This document shows positions 10,222 through 24,950 of a stretch of DNA of 39,685 bases, in pieces; positions within the stretch are counted from its first letter, which is position 1, and each line of letters starts with the position of its first letter. The DNA comes from Pelomyxa schiedti (lineage: Eukaryota; Protista; Evosea). A program made the translations under genes and the position numbers. Where the stretch lies: assembly GCA_020536535.1 (NCBI GenBank), contig JAHLWZ010000947.1:1-39685 (forward strand), written 5' to 3'. Below the pieces are notes generated by a model. The model had not been told where the DNA came from, searched no databases, and was given only the letters and a program-made list of their open reading frames with translations.

Positions 10222-13200
10222 ATGTCAAGCACCAGCACCACGGGGTTGGTGTCGCCTGCGCCGTCGGCAGCGGCGATTGCGACCACGAGGCGGCGGACGG
10301 CCAGCGACGCGACGAGGTTCCCCGTCAGCCCCAGCCAGCTGGCCGCCCAGCTGCTGGCGTCGTCGCCGCCGCTCGGCGGCCCCGCCTACGCGTACTCCCC
10401 GTCCGGCTCCCCCACGCAGTTGGACGGGGTGCCCCCGCCCCCGCCGCCCCCGCCCCCCGCCACCTGCACGTCGCCGGCCTCCACTCGCCCGCTGTCCCCC
10501 ACGGCCTGGTGCCCCAGCCTCGGCCTCAGCCTGCCCGTGGGCGTCGCCCCGCCGCCGTTGCCTCCCGCGGCCGCCGCCTCCGCCACTGGGCGCGGGGTCC
10601 CGGCCAGCACGCCCCTCGCGATCCCCGGGCCCGCCACCGGCACAACCGCGCAGCAGCCCATCCCGATCCCCACGGGGACCACGGCGCGGCCGATGTCGCC
10701 GGTGGCGCTGTCCGCGCTGGCCGCGGCCATGTCCACGAGCGCGCCGCTGAGCGGGAGCGGGTGCTTGGTGGGCAGCCTGAGGTCCAGCACCCCCGTTACT
10801 CTAAGTGGAAATAGCAACTTCAGGCAGCACCAGCAACAGCAGCAGGCAAATGATGCCAGATCAAGCGACACTGCGGACGGTGTGTGTGGTTTTTTGGCTG
10901 TGTTGTGTTGTGTGTGTTGATTGTGAAAGTGGTTTGGTGCTGGGTGGTGTATGTATGGGATTATGGGATTGTTTGTGGCTAAATGTGAATATAGAAACAA
11001 TCACTGTTGGAGTGTGCTGTATGGAGGGCAAGCTTAACACATCCCCAATGATTGCTATAATATCTAGGCTGCGTAAATTCCGCAATGTTCGTGTGATCAC
11101 CATGCCCGCGAACGTGGGTGATGATGGAATAATTGATGGAAGCAGCAACATCTTTTCACTTCCCGTGGAGAACTGGCCTGTGGTGCAGTTTTTGGTCTGC
11201 TTTTACAGTGGAGGCTTTGATTTACGTTGTGCACAAGAGTATGTTAAACTAAGGCAACCAATGTGCATCAATAGTGTCTTGAACCAGCACGACCTATTAG
11301 ATAGGCGTGTTGTGTATACAATGCTGACTGAAGCGGGAATCCCAACCGCAACGTACCGCGTATACAACGACGTAGGTTTATCTATGTACTTTCTCAGTCT
11401 CATTAGAATCACAGCCAAGTGACGAAAATACGGACTTCATGGAGCTTCTCCACAACACCAGCCCCCACGAAGACGACGATCCCTCCGATTTAGCCCTACT
11501 GGAAATCGATGAAGATGAGTTGCTTGATCAACTCCTGGAGAATAAATCCAGAGTTTTAGCTCAGCACCCTGTAAGATTGCTTCTTCCTAAACCTGCTAAT
11601 CTTCTGTTTAGAAAGGGGACCCTTTACAAGAAACTGAGGACACAATCACTGTAGGTGATCATACATTCCGAAAGCCGTTTGTGGAAAAGCCTATCTATAG
11701 CGAAAACCACAATGTGTGCATATACTATCCAAGTTCCAGTGGAGGTGGTTGCAAGGTATTATTCAGGAAGGTAAAGGACAGATCGAGCAGATTTTTCCCA
11801 AAAATCAACATAGGTATTATGCCATGTCTTTGTTTTAAGCTTGACTCTTGGCAGTTAGGAGAGGGGCCTCCTACATTTATGAGGAGTACATCCCAACAAA
11901 CGGGGCTGATATAAAAGTGTATACAGTTGGGCCACAGTATGCACATGCTGAGGCAAGAAAATCTCCGACAGTCGACGGCCGTGTCAAACGGGGCAATGAT
12001 GGAAAAGAAGTATTCAAAGTAAGTTTGAAATAAAACTAATCAATACAGGTAAGATACCCAGTAATTTTGACAGCAATTGAGAAAGAAATAGCAAGCAAAA
12101 TAACTGAAAAATTTGGACAGAATGTATCAACACTCCCTACACTTTAAATGGAACACCACACAGATATGTGGATTTGACTTGCTTAGAACTGATGAGGCAA
12201 GCTATGTGTGCGACGTCAACGGATGGGCATTCGTCAAGGGAAGTCCCAAGTATTACTCAGATTGTGCTACAGTAGGCTCCTGCCCTTTTTTTTTGTAATA
12301 TTCAACCTTTTTTGTAGTTGCTATTTGAGATGTTTGAGTTTAATTTGCACCCTGGATTGGATCAGTTCTCTATGGCCACACTTCTAACCCAAGCAAATGA
12401 AGACCTCATTGATCAAAATTCTGAACTTCTGCAGCCTAGTAGAGGTCATTAGGAAACTATTCCCTGACACTTCAAGTAATTAACTCAGAGTTGAGGAATG
12501 TCCTCGCTGTTATTCGTCATGGAGATCGAACGCCTAAGGAAAAAGTCAAAGTGAAAATTTCACACCCTGCAGTTTTGAATTTATTCAAAGGACAAAACCC
12601 TTCAAAGCAGGTGACTGTTATCTGACACTTATTTTTCTTTATTAAGTTATCACAGGTGAAGCTTAAATCTGTGACTGAACTCAAAGCCTTGAAGAAAATT
12701 GTGAAGGAGATACTTAGTGCCGAGGAGACAAAAGCTCCCAACTCTCCTAAGCTCGAACCAAATGTAATTTTCTGTGTCTCTCCGAGTTTTCACTCCCTAA
12801 GGTGGAAGCTGGCCTGCGAGAAATTGATGAAGTTCTTCACCACAGCCACTTCCATGGAATCAACCGTAAGTGTCAAATAAAGCCTTTGAAATGGGTGTAT
12901 GCCAGCTCTTCTTCTATTCATAACTTATTACAACAAAATCTTCAGACACTCCGAGGAGGATGACAGTATGCAAGTCACTCTTTCATTGCTGATTTTCAAG
13001 CATGGAGGGGTACTGACGGACCTTGGCTGTGTGCAAGCAAGTGCACTAGGAAAGATGTATCGGCACAGGCAAGTTATCTTGTAGTTTCGTTCTTCTCACA
13101 ATCTCCAGGCAATACCCTGCTGATGCAGTATGGTTCTCCCCTACCATTGCATGCTTTTAAAAGCTCTTTACACAGCTTTCCATGCTAAGTTTGCACTCCA

Positions 13201-14643
13201 CCAATGCTCATGACTTAAAAATATATGCCTCGGACGAAGGCCGTGTGCAAATGACTGCAGCACATTTTTGTCGTTCCTTCTTGGACCTGGAGGAAGGAGC
13301 TATTACCCCGATATTGTTTGCTCTGGTGTGGCATGACCAGCGATCAAACATGCTGCTTGAGCATTCTGTGGCCGACAGGTTGGTTTACCTTTTCTTTTCC
13401 ACAACTTACAAGTTATAAAGCGAACGAATGAAAAAGGTCAAGCAGCAGCTTACTGGTATTTTAAACACAGATGTCGATATAAACACACTGGATCACAACT
13501 CTGAGTTTGCCGGTTTCCCAGTACATCTACTTGAAAAGCTTGGTCTTGACAAAATTGGCAATCCCTATGCTCATGCAACAAGAGTGTATGAAACAATAAA
13601 GAAAGGTACTCAATACCTCTCATCAAGTATTAATACTTTGCAGTTTGTGCACAAATGGAAGAGGATTTACACAAGCCACAACATTATCCACCACTCAAAA
13701 GAGTCTACACATTGTGGAAAAAAATTTGTACTCTGATGTTTGATACCAAGACCAGGGCCTTTGATGAAAGCAAATTTCCCGAGATTCTGGACTGTGCCAG
13801 ACATGATATGTTACACCACCATGAGAGGTACGCACGATAGAAACCCCAAAACAAAAACTAAAATGGCCAATTAGTGGAATTCCCTTCTGGGCCGTATTTG
13901 AGCAAGTAGAACCGCTGGCCAAATGGCTAGTACGGCACGAGTACGGCATCACTGAAGGCAGCAAAGAGGAGATTGGAATGGAGATATGTGAGCCCCTAGC
14001 CACCAAGCTGCTGAACGACTTGGTGCAAATGAGCCGGTTCCGCAAGCAAGTGTCCACAACCTCTCGGTTCTACTTCACCAGCGAGTCCCACATGCAAGCG
14101 TTGCTGAACCTGCTGCAGCAGCACCTGCACCTCACTTCGCAGACCACACCCACCACACTCAACTACCTCAGCCAGATAGTCCTCAAGATGTACGAACTCA
14201 ACAACAAGCCCATAGACAGCGAGGACCGCTTTGAAGTCGAACTCTGGATCAGCGAAGGTGCCGATCCCCACATCCCCCTCATAATGACCACCCCAACCCC
14301 ATCATCATCATCATCATCATCGTCCTCCTCCTCATCAACAGCAACATCAGCATACACTCCCTCATCATCATCCACATCATATTCCTCATCATCATCCACA
14401 GTACAAGTGCCACCCATGGCCAAATCCACGTCGGCACCGTGCAATTGCGGTGGCGTGGGGCAACTGCAGCCGCCGGCGTCGGCCACTGCGGCTGAGAGGA
14501 GTGTGTTGGCTGCGTTCCACAGGCTCACCTTCTTCACAAAGATGTCCCTGCAGCAGCTTCTGCTTTCTTTCCCGCAAATAAAGGCAACTGGGACACAGAC
14601 AAAGACTATCCACCCGTTCTGGGCTTCTCAGGGTTCTTATTAA
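10222..14643 (+). CDS. PPIP5K: Inositol hexakisphosphate / diphosphoinositol-pentakisphosphate kinase (Vip1/PPIP5K)
   Basis: Kinase motifs [49 protein letters not shown]; histidine-phosphatase motifs [33 protein letters not shown]. Confidence 0.95.
14300..14400 (+). repeat. (TCA)n-type Ser-rich coding repeat in the last PPIP5K exon
   Basis: Runs of tcatcatca encoding [14 protein letters not shown]...[13 protein letters not shown]. Confidence 0.85.
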
Positions 14644-14679
14644 ACATTTAAGAAAAAGAAAAAGAGAAAATGTGAGTTT

Positions 14680-17600
14680 TTACAGTAGGTTTAGTGGTAT
14701 CAGAGAGTGCAGTTCATCAGAGAGGAAGTTGATGAGTGCGGGAAGGTGTGTGCTTATTGGGGGGTAAATGTGAGTGTCTGGGTGGGACATGAAGTCCTGC
14801 AGCTGCCGCAGAATTTGTAGTCCCAAGCTAGCATATTGTTGTCTCCTCTGTGCTGGGTAAGGATATTTGTGGGAGAGTGGAATTGTTACCGTGGAGTCAT
14901 CATCTTTCAGTCCCATCACAACCGCATTCAATGCGGTTTCTATTTGAAGTACCCCCAGGCAAATTCGTTCACTGTGGTGAGTGAGAGAATGAAACGTGAA
15001 CGCAAAAAGTACTTGGTTTGTATGGATGAAGTGCACTGTTTAATGCTATTGTTTGCTTCTTCAATTTTCTCTTCAATAGTTTTGTCTTTCTGTATTCTCT
15101 GCCAAGGGGTTAGTGTTTTTTACCACATAAGGCTCTACTCACAAAAAGCTGGAAGGAAAATAATGCCGGGGCACAACCCTTAGGGCAAGTTTGTTCTGGA
15201 AATCGAGTTAATTAACTTTACTTAGGGAGCGTGTATCACCTTTTGTAGTGTGATATTGTTCCGTTGTATAGAGTTTGTCTGAAAGTGCAAAGATGAGGTC
15301 ATTTGACATTTGATGTTTGGTAAGATTTGTAGCAAATGCGGAGGCCAGTTGTTTCATGGGGCGTAGCTCCTCAGAAAGGAACTCAGGAGTCTAGGTGTAA
15401 TTGGCAATACTTTTTTAAAGATAGTGACACACCGCCCGAAAATCGGGTGTGAGTACAAGGGGAAGGTTGATTGACATAGGACTTGCCCCAAATAGGTCCT
15501 CAACAAAAGCCACTCCACTGGAATTTAGTTGTCTTGACCATGTTGGAGGAAATGCTCTTGCTGGGAGATCAAAGTGCTTTTTGATCTTTTTTGGTTTATC
15601 CTTGTTCACAATAATCAGATCGTTCCAAAGCTTTGAAGTGTCTGTACGAGTTAGTTGACTATGACGGAGAACAAAGAAGTACCAAAGAGAAGCGGTGTTA
15701 AGACAGAGTACAAGCGATCAGGAAGATAAGTTGGAAGAACTGAGGATAGAACTGCAGTGGCGTGACTGTCAGATTTTGACGGGTGGATGTCTGTCATTTT
15801 GAGCCACAAAGTCATTGCGGTGTAAAGATCGGCAAGTTGCTGGTGCCTCTCCAACTGAGGAGATGCTAGAAAACTTCAGAGTACCTTAAAACAATGAATT
15901 CATACATGCTGTTTTGGCACTTTTGCTGTGGTAATCAGAATATTCAAAGAGTTTTTTGGATATCCGCTGCTTGAAGTCTCTATGTAGGGTCACAAAGTAA
16001 TCAGAAAGTGTGTTCATACAATGAAGAAGGTGTGTTCATCAACGAACAAGGATTGAGGCCACTAGGAAAGTCAAAGTACAGATAGAAGAACAACTGCCAC
16101 ATGACAGGGGCAATGGGCGTATCAATCTGCAGTGACAGAGCCCAGTTGCCGCACTGACTTACCTTAAGCTGATAGAGGATGGAATCTAAAGCAAGTTAGC
16201 AAGAAAAGCGGTCTAAGTCATTACCAAGTTGTGCAGGGGTGGGTTTCATGGATCGGATTTCATTTGCCAGTTTTTCCCTTTCAACGGACTCGTACTGTGC
16301 TTCGATAACTGCCATAATGGTGAGAAAATTGTAGAATGGCGTTAAGCATACAGAGTATTGACCACACTAACCAACTAGTGTCACTCATGCAATTTTTACC
16401 CCATAACCCAAACCACTCACTGCTTGGCTGAAGGGAGAGAAGAGAGGAAAACCGTTCCTCTGCATTGCCGCCTTTAAACCATGCACTGCCCCACCATCTG
16501 TACGGCTTCCTACAAAAGATCATTCCCACAGAATAAAATGAAAACCATACAATTCAAGATGCCGTTTATACGCATCAGAAAAAGCTGTTTGACAGTGAGC
16601 AATGGGCAATCTACCTTCCCCGCCAGTAAACGATGCAAAAAGCAGATGGTCCAGAACCACAACTGTTGCTTCATTTGTGTTCCAATTATCAACACTTGTG
16701 AGGACTATGGAGAACTAAGAATTATTTCATTCAATAGGAAGAAATACATTGGAACCAGAAGGCAGACACAAAACTGTCAATTGGCGACTGTAAGCGTAGA
16801 ACTTGTGATACAATTACTTGAGCCACTCGGACAGGGAAAGACTTCAGTTTGTCTTGGTTTCCAGTACGGGAGCATCTGGGTACATTAGAGCGCACAGACA
16901 TCAGCTCCTTTAAAAGGGTCAAGTGTATTTTTTTTTCTCCTTGTTCACCTTCCATGTCGCCTTCATTACTGGGGAAATATCCATATGGGGGTGATTGGCG
17001 ACAACGACGACAGGAACAATTTCAGATAAGACCCACAGGGTAGCCATATACTGTTTATGGTAGACCTTGCATTGTGTTACTTCGTTGTGATTTCAAATAA
17101 ATTAGTTGTACCAAGAATGAAAGGATTGACCAATTAGTGCTTCCTTCTCCAAACCAGTTTGTGGGATCACGACCAAATTGGGTAAGAAGGAGAACAAGGT
17201 ATAGGGGGAGAGGGTGCGCTAAGTTGTGAGAGAAATTATTCATATGGGCTTGGAAAGCCTTCAGATTCTGTATGCGATATTAAAGATTTGGGTAAGTCGC
17301 TTAATGCTTGCCTCATTCAGTATAGAAGCCACAGGGTCGTTCAGTGACAAAGGCTCTGGTGGTTGTTCCCTGATTACCTTTAAGGGAATGGATACCAAAT
17401 TTGTATACCTAGCAGAACGATAAAACAAAGACAGGCTAAAGAGGAACTCCCAACACCACTGGGTAAACGTGTTGATATGAGGCCACATCCATTGCAAAAG
17501 AGAAGACTGCTGGTATATACGGTAGTGCTGTGCCCAAGCCTGGATACTGGGGTAAAACTAAAGACTAGGGACGGATATTTACCTCCAAAACGAGGAGTGC

Positions 17601-20600
17601 AGTATCGCGAACCAGTACTGGACTTAAAAAGAGATTATTGGTCAACGCAACGGATTGTGAAGCGGTAGGAGGGGTGGCCCAATTAATTCGTGATAAAACT
17701 GATCTGGCAACAGCACATTCACTTGATTCCTTCCGAAAGTTTGCAAGAATTTAAGCTAGTGAACGAACGAACCATGGGAGAAAAAAGCCAAGATCGGATG
17801 ATTGCCACATCAGATATCTTGGGCTCCCACAACAGGAAGGACAATTGGGAAAGAATGTATTCAATAAGAGTTTTCCCTAGTTCTCTGAAGTGAACCTGAA
17901 TCAATTCAAGAAGCCAGGAAATCTGCATTAATGTGATTCACAATACAATGGGCACTCTGGGCCGTACAGATGATGGGTGTACCAAGCACAACTCGGATAG
18001 TAAACCGGCAGTAGCTTGGTATAATCCCTCTCGGGTACTACTCTCCAAGACTAAAACACTTCAGGGGATGGGTAATTTGCGACGGGCATACAGGAAACGT
18101 AGAACAATTCCGTTAGTATTACACAAGCCAAGTCAGTATCATCATTTTTCGCCAGGGAAATTAGTGACTGCACCAAAAATACTGCCTCTACCCCAGCAAG
18201 ACGAGACGCAAAATTGTGTCGGTGAAAACTCTCACCTAATGCATGAGAGAAGACCCAAAAAAAAAAAATTCTCACCTGCCATAAAGGAGTCCCAGCTTTT
18301 TTTGTCGCATGCAAATATGGGTTCTTCAGATATTGAACAAAGATAGAAATATCATAGGAGAATTACCTTGAGTGTCAGCTTGCTGGAGTCCGTAGGCCAA
18401 ACACAAAAAATGCCATGCCGTTTCGGAGGTTATTCTATCAAGTAAGTGTAGGTAATTCATTGCAGGTGGCATTACTAAACCGGTGGAATGGTAAGTTGCA
18501 CAGGAATTGCCACACTCCACTACTGTGTATTGGAAGGAGCGAATATGCAACCTAAGTTGGTTACTTTGATAAGTGTATCATTATTCATGCCGCTAGAAAC
18601 AATTCATTTATGGCAGATGATGGAGTATCAATGTGTCTGAGGAAGTGTGAGTTTTTCCACCTTGAAAATTAAAAACCTTTTCACGTGTTGATTTGCAATG
18701 GCATTGAGTAATGATATGCATGTCTTAGAAAGTAGTTTCATTAATTCTCGAAATTCACTCAGCTTTCCCATATTTCGGCACAAAATCATCAGCATCTTTT
18801 CTAGCCAGGCGCATCCCTCAATCCCTGTTGAGTATATGCCCTGTTATGTTTGTTTCAGTAACTTTATACAAACAAATGACGAAACCATTTCACTGCAAAC
18901 GTATTCACAGAAGGCGGTAAGCGGGACTTGTTTGATTATAGAAAGGAGATCGTTCTCGGTCAGTAACCATTCTTGATGGTTTTAATTTCGTTGAATGCTG
19001 TAATCTCATAATTGCGTACTTGCCGGGTTAACTACAATCCAATCCTCAACTTCAAGGTCGGTTCGAGGGTGCTCTGATGGTTTAGTGTGCACTTCATCTG
19101 GGGGAGCAGGAACTATCTGAAAAATATATCTCAGTACTGTAAGAATGTGCTCGCACTTGTTTTTATCCCTATAGTAAAGGTAAATGGCGGTAATGTCAAC
19201 AGAACATAGAAAATGCACCAGGTGGTTGAAAGCTGTATTAACATGTTTGGCCATATTAGGGAACAGTTTTGCGTATTCAGGAAGTGTTTTAAGATACAGA
19301 GGTGATCACTGAACGAAGCCACTCTATATAACGAATTAACCTGTACAAAATCAATGAAGATAACGGAATTATCCTGTACCAGCTGTGAAATCCAGCACGC
19401 CAAATCCTTGTAAAAGCTTAATAAAGGAAGTACAACTGGCACTGAATCAGCAGGAGATTTGATACTCGACGTTATGGTTGTCCCACAGATTTGAGAATTC
19501 GACGAAGGAACTGTAGTAATCTTTGCGCCATAGTGTGCACCTTTACTAATGAAGGAAAAGAGCACATGAATCATATGGCGTAACTGAGCTATTGCTTCAA
19601 GCCCGATTCCAGAACGAGAAGAAGGATAATCATCGGGGTATACTGACTTGAGAATTAGTTGCAGATTGTGTGTGGTCACTAAAACAAACCCGTGATAGGG
19701 CTGTCCGGGGGCAGTGAACCAAAAACTTGGAATAAGAATGTATCAATATAATTACAGACTCTCAATCTGGAGAGATGGGCTTCGTGGACATATTTTACAA
19801 ATCTCTTAACAACATGAATACTGGCACGTTGAGAAAATCAATACGTTTTGTGCTGCCTCTTTGTACTCTTCCAAAGTCTTTCTTAGCTTGGCAGCATTTT
19901 CATTGTTTAGGGTTGCTGTATGACAAACCTCCTCGCAAGTCAAGGCACCACCACAGATCCTGCATGTTCCCTTTACACTAACAGAATACTGTTTAACATC
20001 CCACAGTTTGGTTTGGATTTCTCTGCATTGATTTTTGTGGTGCTGTGTGGGTGAGAAAAGGTGCCATTTGTCAATTACCTACCAATAATTCAGGGAGGAA
20101 ATGTTCATAGATCTGTTGTTTATCATGGTATTCTGAAACCAGTTTCCAGAAGTCGCTATGGTAGAGTGGGTCCTGGTTCGTATGTGGGAATAAATTAGAG
20201 ACTCAGTGAAAGAGAACAAGTACCTCGGCTCTTATAATGTCACCAATTCGGGCATCTTCCTTTGCGCATTCCTGTTGGGTATCTAGCATTCTCTTTAGCC
20301 GGGATTGCAGAGACTCGACATTTTCTCCAGACATCACCGCGGGTTGAGTGTTACTAATAAACGCATGCAACTCAGGGTACTTTATGGTATTGAAACAGGT
20401 CAATGGAAAGAAGTAGGAATTAGAAAGCAAATGAATAAACACTAAACAAAAAAACCAAAAAAAAAAAACCAAAAAACCAAAAATACCAGCAAGGAGCCAC
20501 TGCTGGCGATGGCGGCGTTGTTGGTAATCGCAGCCGCGGGCTGAGTGGGATTCAGCAAAGCGGGATACACAGCGGATCCGTCCAACGGCGGGGCAGTAGG

Positions 20601-21008
20601 GGACAAGGTCGACTTGGCCATCACCAGCCCGTGGTTCTGCCACACCGCAGCGTCGAGCCTCCCGATCGCCGACGACGTCAGCGATGCCCACGACGTCCTC
20701 GCCACCACGTCCCCGCTCCCTCTCACGTCGTCGCCACCAACACCAACACCAACAGCAACGGGCCCAGCGCCGTCGGTGCTGCGCCTGATATTTTCCGTTG
20801 CGGTCGCGGTCGCCGTGGCGTGCTGGTCAAGAGACGAGGTGGCGTCGGAGGAGGAGGAGGGGGGGAGAGGCGGGGGGGGCTGGGGGACGTGCTTCTGGGT
20901 GTAGGGCCGCGGTTCGTCGTACCTCGTGGCTGCTGGTGTCTCTGGTGCTGGTTGCTGTTGTTGTGGGCGTTTGGTGGCTGGGCGCGGGCGCTCTGCCTGC
21001 ATCATCAT
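14680..21008 (-). CDS. EPG5: EPG5-like autophagy tethering factor (large, many exons)
   Basis: Spliced segments match remembered EPG5 blocks in the right order: QCREIQTKLWDVKQYSVSVKGTC, LRHMIHVLFSF, FYKDLACWISQLV, DHLCILKHFL, EDWIVVNP, LQIDTPIAPVMWQLFFYLYF. Start (MMMQAERP) and some internal boundaries are approximate. Confidence 0.75.
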
Positions 21009-21247
21009 GGTGGCAACAAAACAGTTGTTGTGTTTCTGTTGTTTTGGGTTTTTTGTGGGTTGTTGGTTGGGGCAGAGCAAGTTGGGAGAGGGCGAGGGAA
21101 CTTAAGCTGGGGACGGTATGGAGCACGAGGGGGCAGAATGTAGGGCTGGGGGCGGAAGGGATGAGATCTGGCCCCAGGGTATTCTGTGCTTGATCAGCCA
21201 GATTTAGGTTAGTGTAAAAATCGCCAACGAAAGACAGAATTAAAAAA

Positions 21248-22673
<1,426 letters not shown>

Positions 22674-22744
22674 AGACTTGTCCAAGTCCCAATGCATCCA
22701 AATTATGTTGAGACAGGTAAACAAATGGAATTCTTTTATGGTTG

Positions 22745-24477
22745 TTATGAGTAGCTGTTCAGCCACGTTTGAGCAAGGCTTCCCAGTTGTTTTGCTTTGT
22801 CCGTGACTGTAGTGGCCACTGCCTGAAAGTCTGTATTAGCAATGATGTTTCGCGCCATATCTGCCGCGGATACCGCTGCAAGAAGAGTGAACAATTGTGA
22901 GGCGGTAACCAATAGAAACACACCTGGTCCCATGTGTGATTCGTCCCGCTCGTAGTAACTTGAGGAGGAAATGGAAGCTGCTCCACTGAACCTGGGGGGA
23001 ACATTAAAAAAAAGTTGTGAAAGCATGGTCATACTTTGACAGTCTGCGCTCCTTCTCTGCTTCTTCTGCTGGTGAGGTTTCCTCAGAAAAATATTGGTCA
23101 CTTGATATGGATTTCGCTGCTGCGCCAAATTTCTTCTGGGCTGTCTCACTTGGGGCTATTTGAAGTTGATAAATATTAATTGTAGTGTGGCACACGTTGT
23201 CGGGTTGTTGACTGTGTTCCGTACGTGTCGTATTGTGGTCGGGAAGCCGGCTTGTTCAACCCATAGGGAACGCTCTCCCTGCCGAAACTCAACAAAAACA
23301 AATAAAGCGGTAATGTGTACATTTGATCGGGCAGAGCCGCTACAGTTGGTTCGTTATATTGAAACATAGTAGAACCCTTGCTGGAAGACTGTAAGTTAGA
23401 AAAGAGAGTGAGCCTCCAACAAACCTTGTTGTTGTTGTAACAGAGGCAGCAGCCAGAGAGGCAGCAGGAGTGGGCGCCTTGGTAGGGGTTGGCTCATCTA
23501 CCTCAAAGTCTCTGTTGTTGGGGTTACTCAAAAGGATGAAGAACTACAGAAGAGTGCACTTGAAGAATGAGTCTGTGTCCACCTTGACTCCTCCAAGACC
23601 CTTCTTTGCGGGCGTAATTTTTTTTATTGCCGTTGTTGAGGGGTCTGATTGCGCTGGTGTATATGATGTTGCTGTAGTGGTCGGTGTAGGTGTCGATGTA
23701 GGTCCCGTGTGCCTGTGTGGGTAAATACCAATTATGATACTGGGAAAAACTATACTTTTCTTCTGTGGTCGACCGTGCAGGTTCCACAGAACCAAAAGGC
23801 GTTTCAATAACTTTCCTTTGGATTTTTATTGCTAATTAGAAACCAAATAAAAACGGAGAATGCCGTACGTGGTCGTCCCTGATGAAGCAAGTATTTTCAG
23901 CTTCTGGCGATAGAGCTGGGCAGCGCGAGTTATGTACTTCTGCTCAGTAGCATCACTAACACCATGCTTTCTATAAAAAATGGGACAAGGTGGCACACTG
24001 TGTAAACTGCTAACCTCAAGAAGTCCCTACACTTGAGGTTTCCACCAACCTCCATTAACTTCAACTCATTGTGTCTCCAGGTGTCCAGCAGTGGGGACCT
24101 GGGCACCAAGTCATAACACGCCCAAAGAGAGCCAAGAATTTACCTCACAAAACTGATGTGCGTACCCAAACTCCTGTGGTTAGCAGCGCAGTTTGTACAA
24201 ATATATATTGCATGCGACACCGATGCCCACTGAGGCAATTTACTACTGCAATCAAAGCACACCTTGTTGTTGGAAAGAAAACAAAAAAAAAAAAGAAAAG
24301 AAAAGTCATCCACCATGTCACAATGGCAAAAGTAAAAAATAAAAAATAAAATCCAAAAAAAAAAAAGGCAACCTTGTTTTCAGGCAAAGCCATCTGCTTC
24401 TTGAAAAACGCATGCACGTCTTCAAGCGGAACCACCTCGTTACCACTCCCGACACTTGATCCTGTTGTCGCGCTCAT
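22745..24477 (-). CDS. ArfGAP of the ArfGAP2/3 (Glo3) type
   Basis: [46 protein letters not shown] zinc finger, [11 protein letters not shown], and Glo3-like [18 protein letters not shown]. Confidence 0.88.
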
Positions 24478-24546
24478 CGTCTACTGATTGTTTCTTTGTT
24501 TGTGTTGATTTTGTTTTTTTCTTTTTTTATATCGATCTCTCTCAGA

Positions 24547-24909
24547 TCAATTGTGACTGGGAGGGTTTTGGTTGATGAATGGACCTGAGGACTGGAACAA
24601 CAACTGAGACAACACAGCGGGGAGGGTTGCTGCGTTGGCTCCGGCGAGGTTGTTGTGGGCTGTGTTGCTGTTTGCGGATTGTGGGAGGAGAGAGGCCCAG
24701 GCCTGGGGGGGTATGGATGATAGCTGTTGTGCTTGGTTTGTGTTGTTAGTGTTGGTTCCGCACATAGTTCCTTGCAGGAAGTTTGAAAGTACTTGCGCAC
24801 TTGCACTTGGAGTCTGTGGAGAATAGTTTAGCTATTTTCTGAGATAGGGAGTTGTCTTGAACATACTAAGTTGCCAGCTCCGAAATTGAAGCCCAACTGC
24901 TGTTGCTGC

Positions 24910-24950
<41 letters not shown>

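Noticed and set aside
10161-11000. Several long overlapping ORFs in GC-rich DNA (also 20442-21261 and 35445-36186)
   Set aside because: Stop-poor GC-rich exons give open alternative frames; only one frame splices into a conserved domain.
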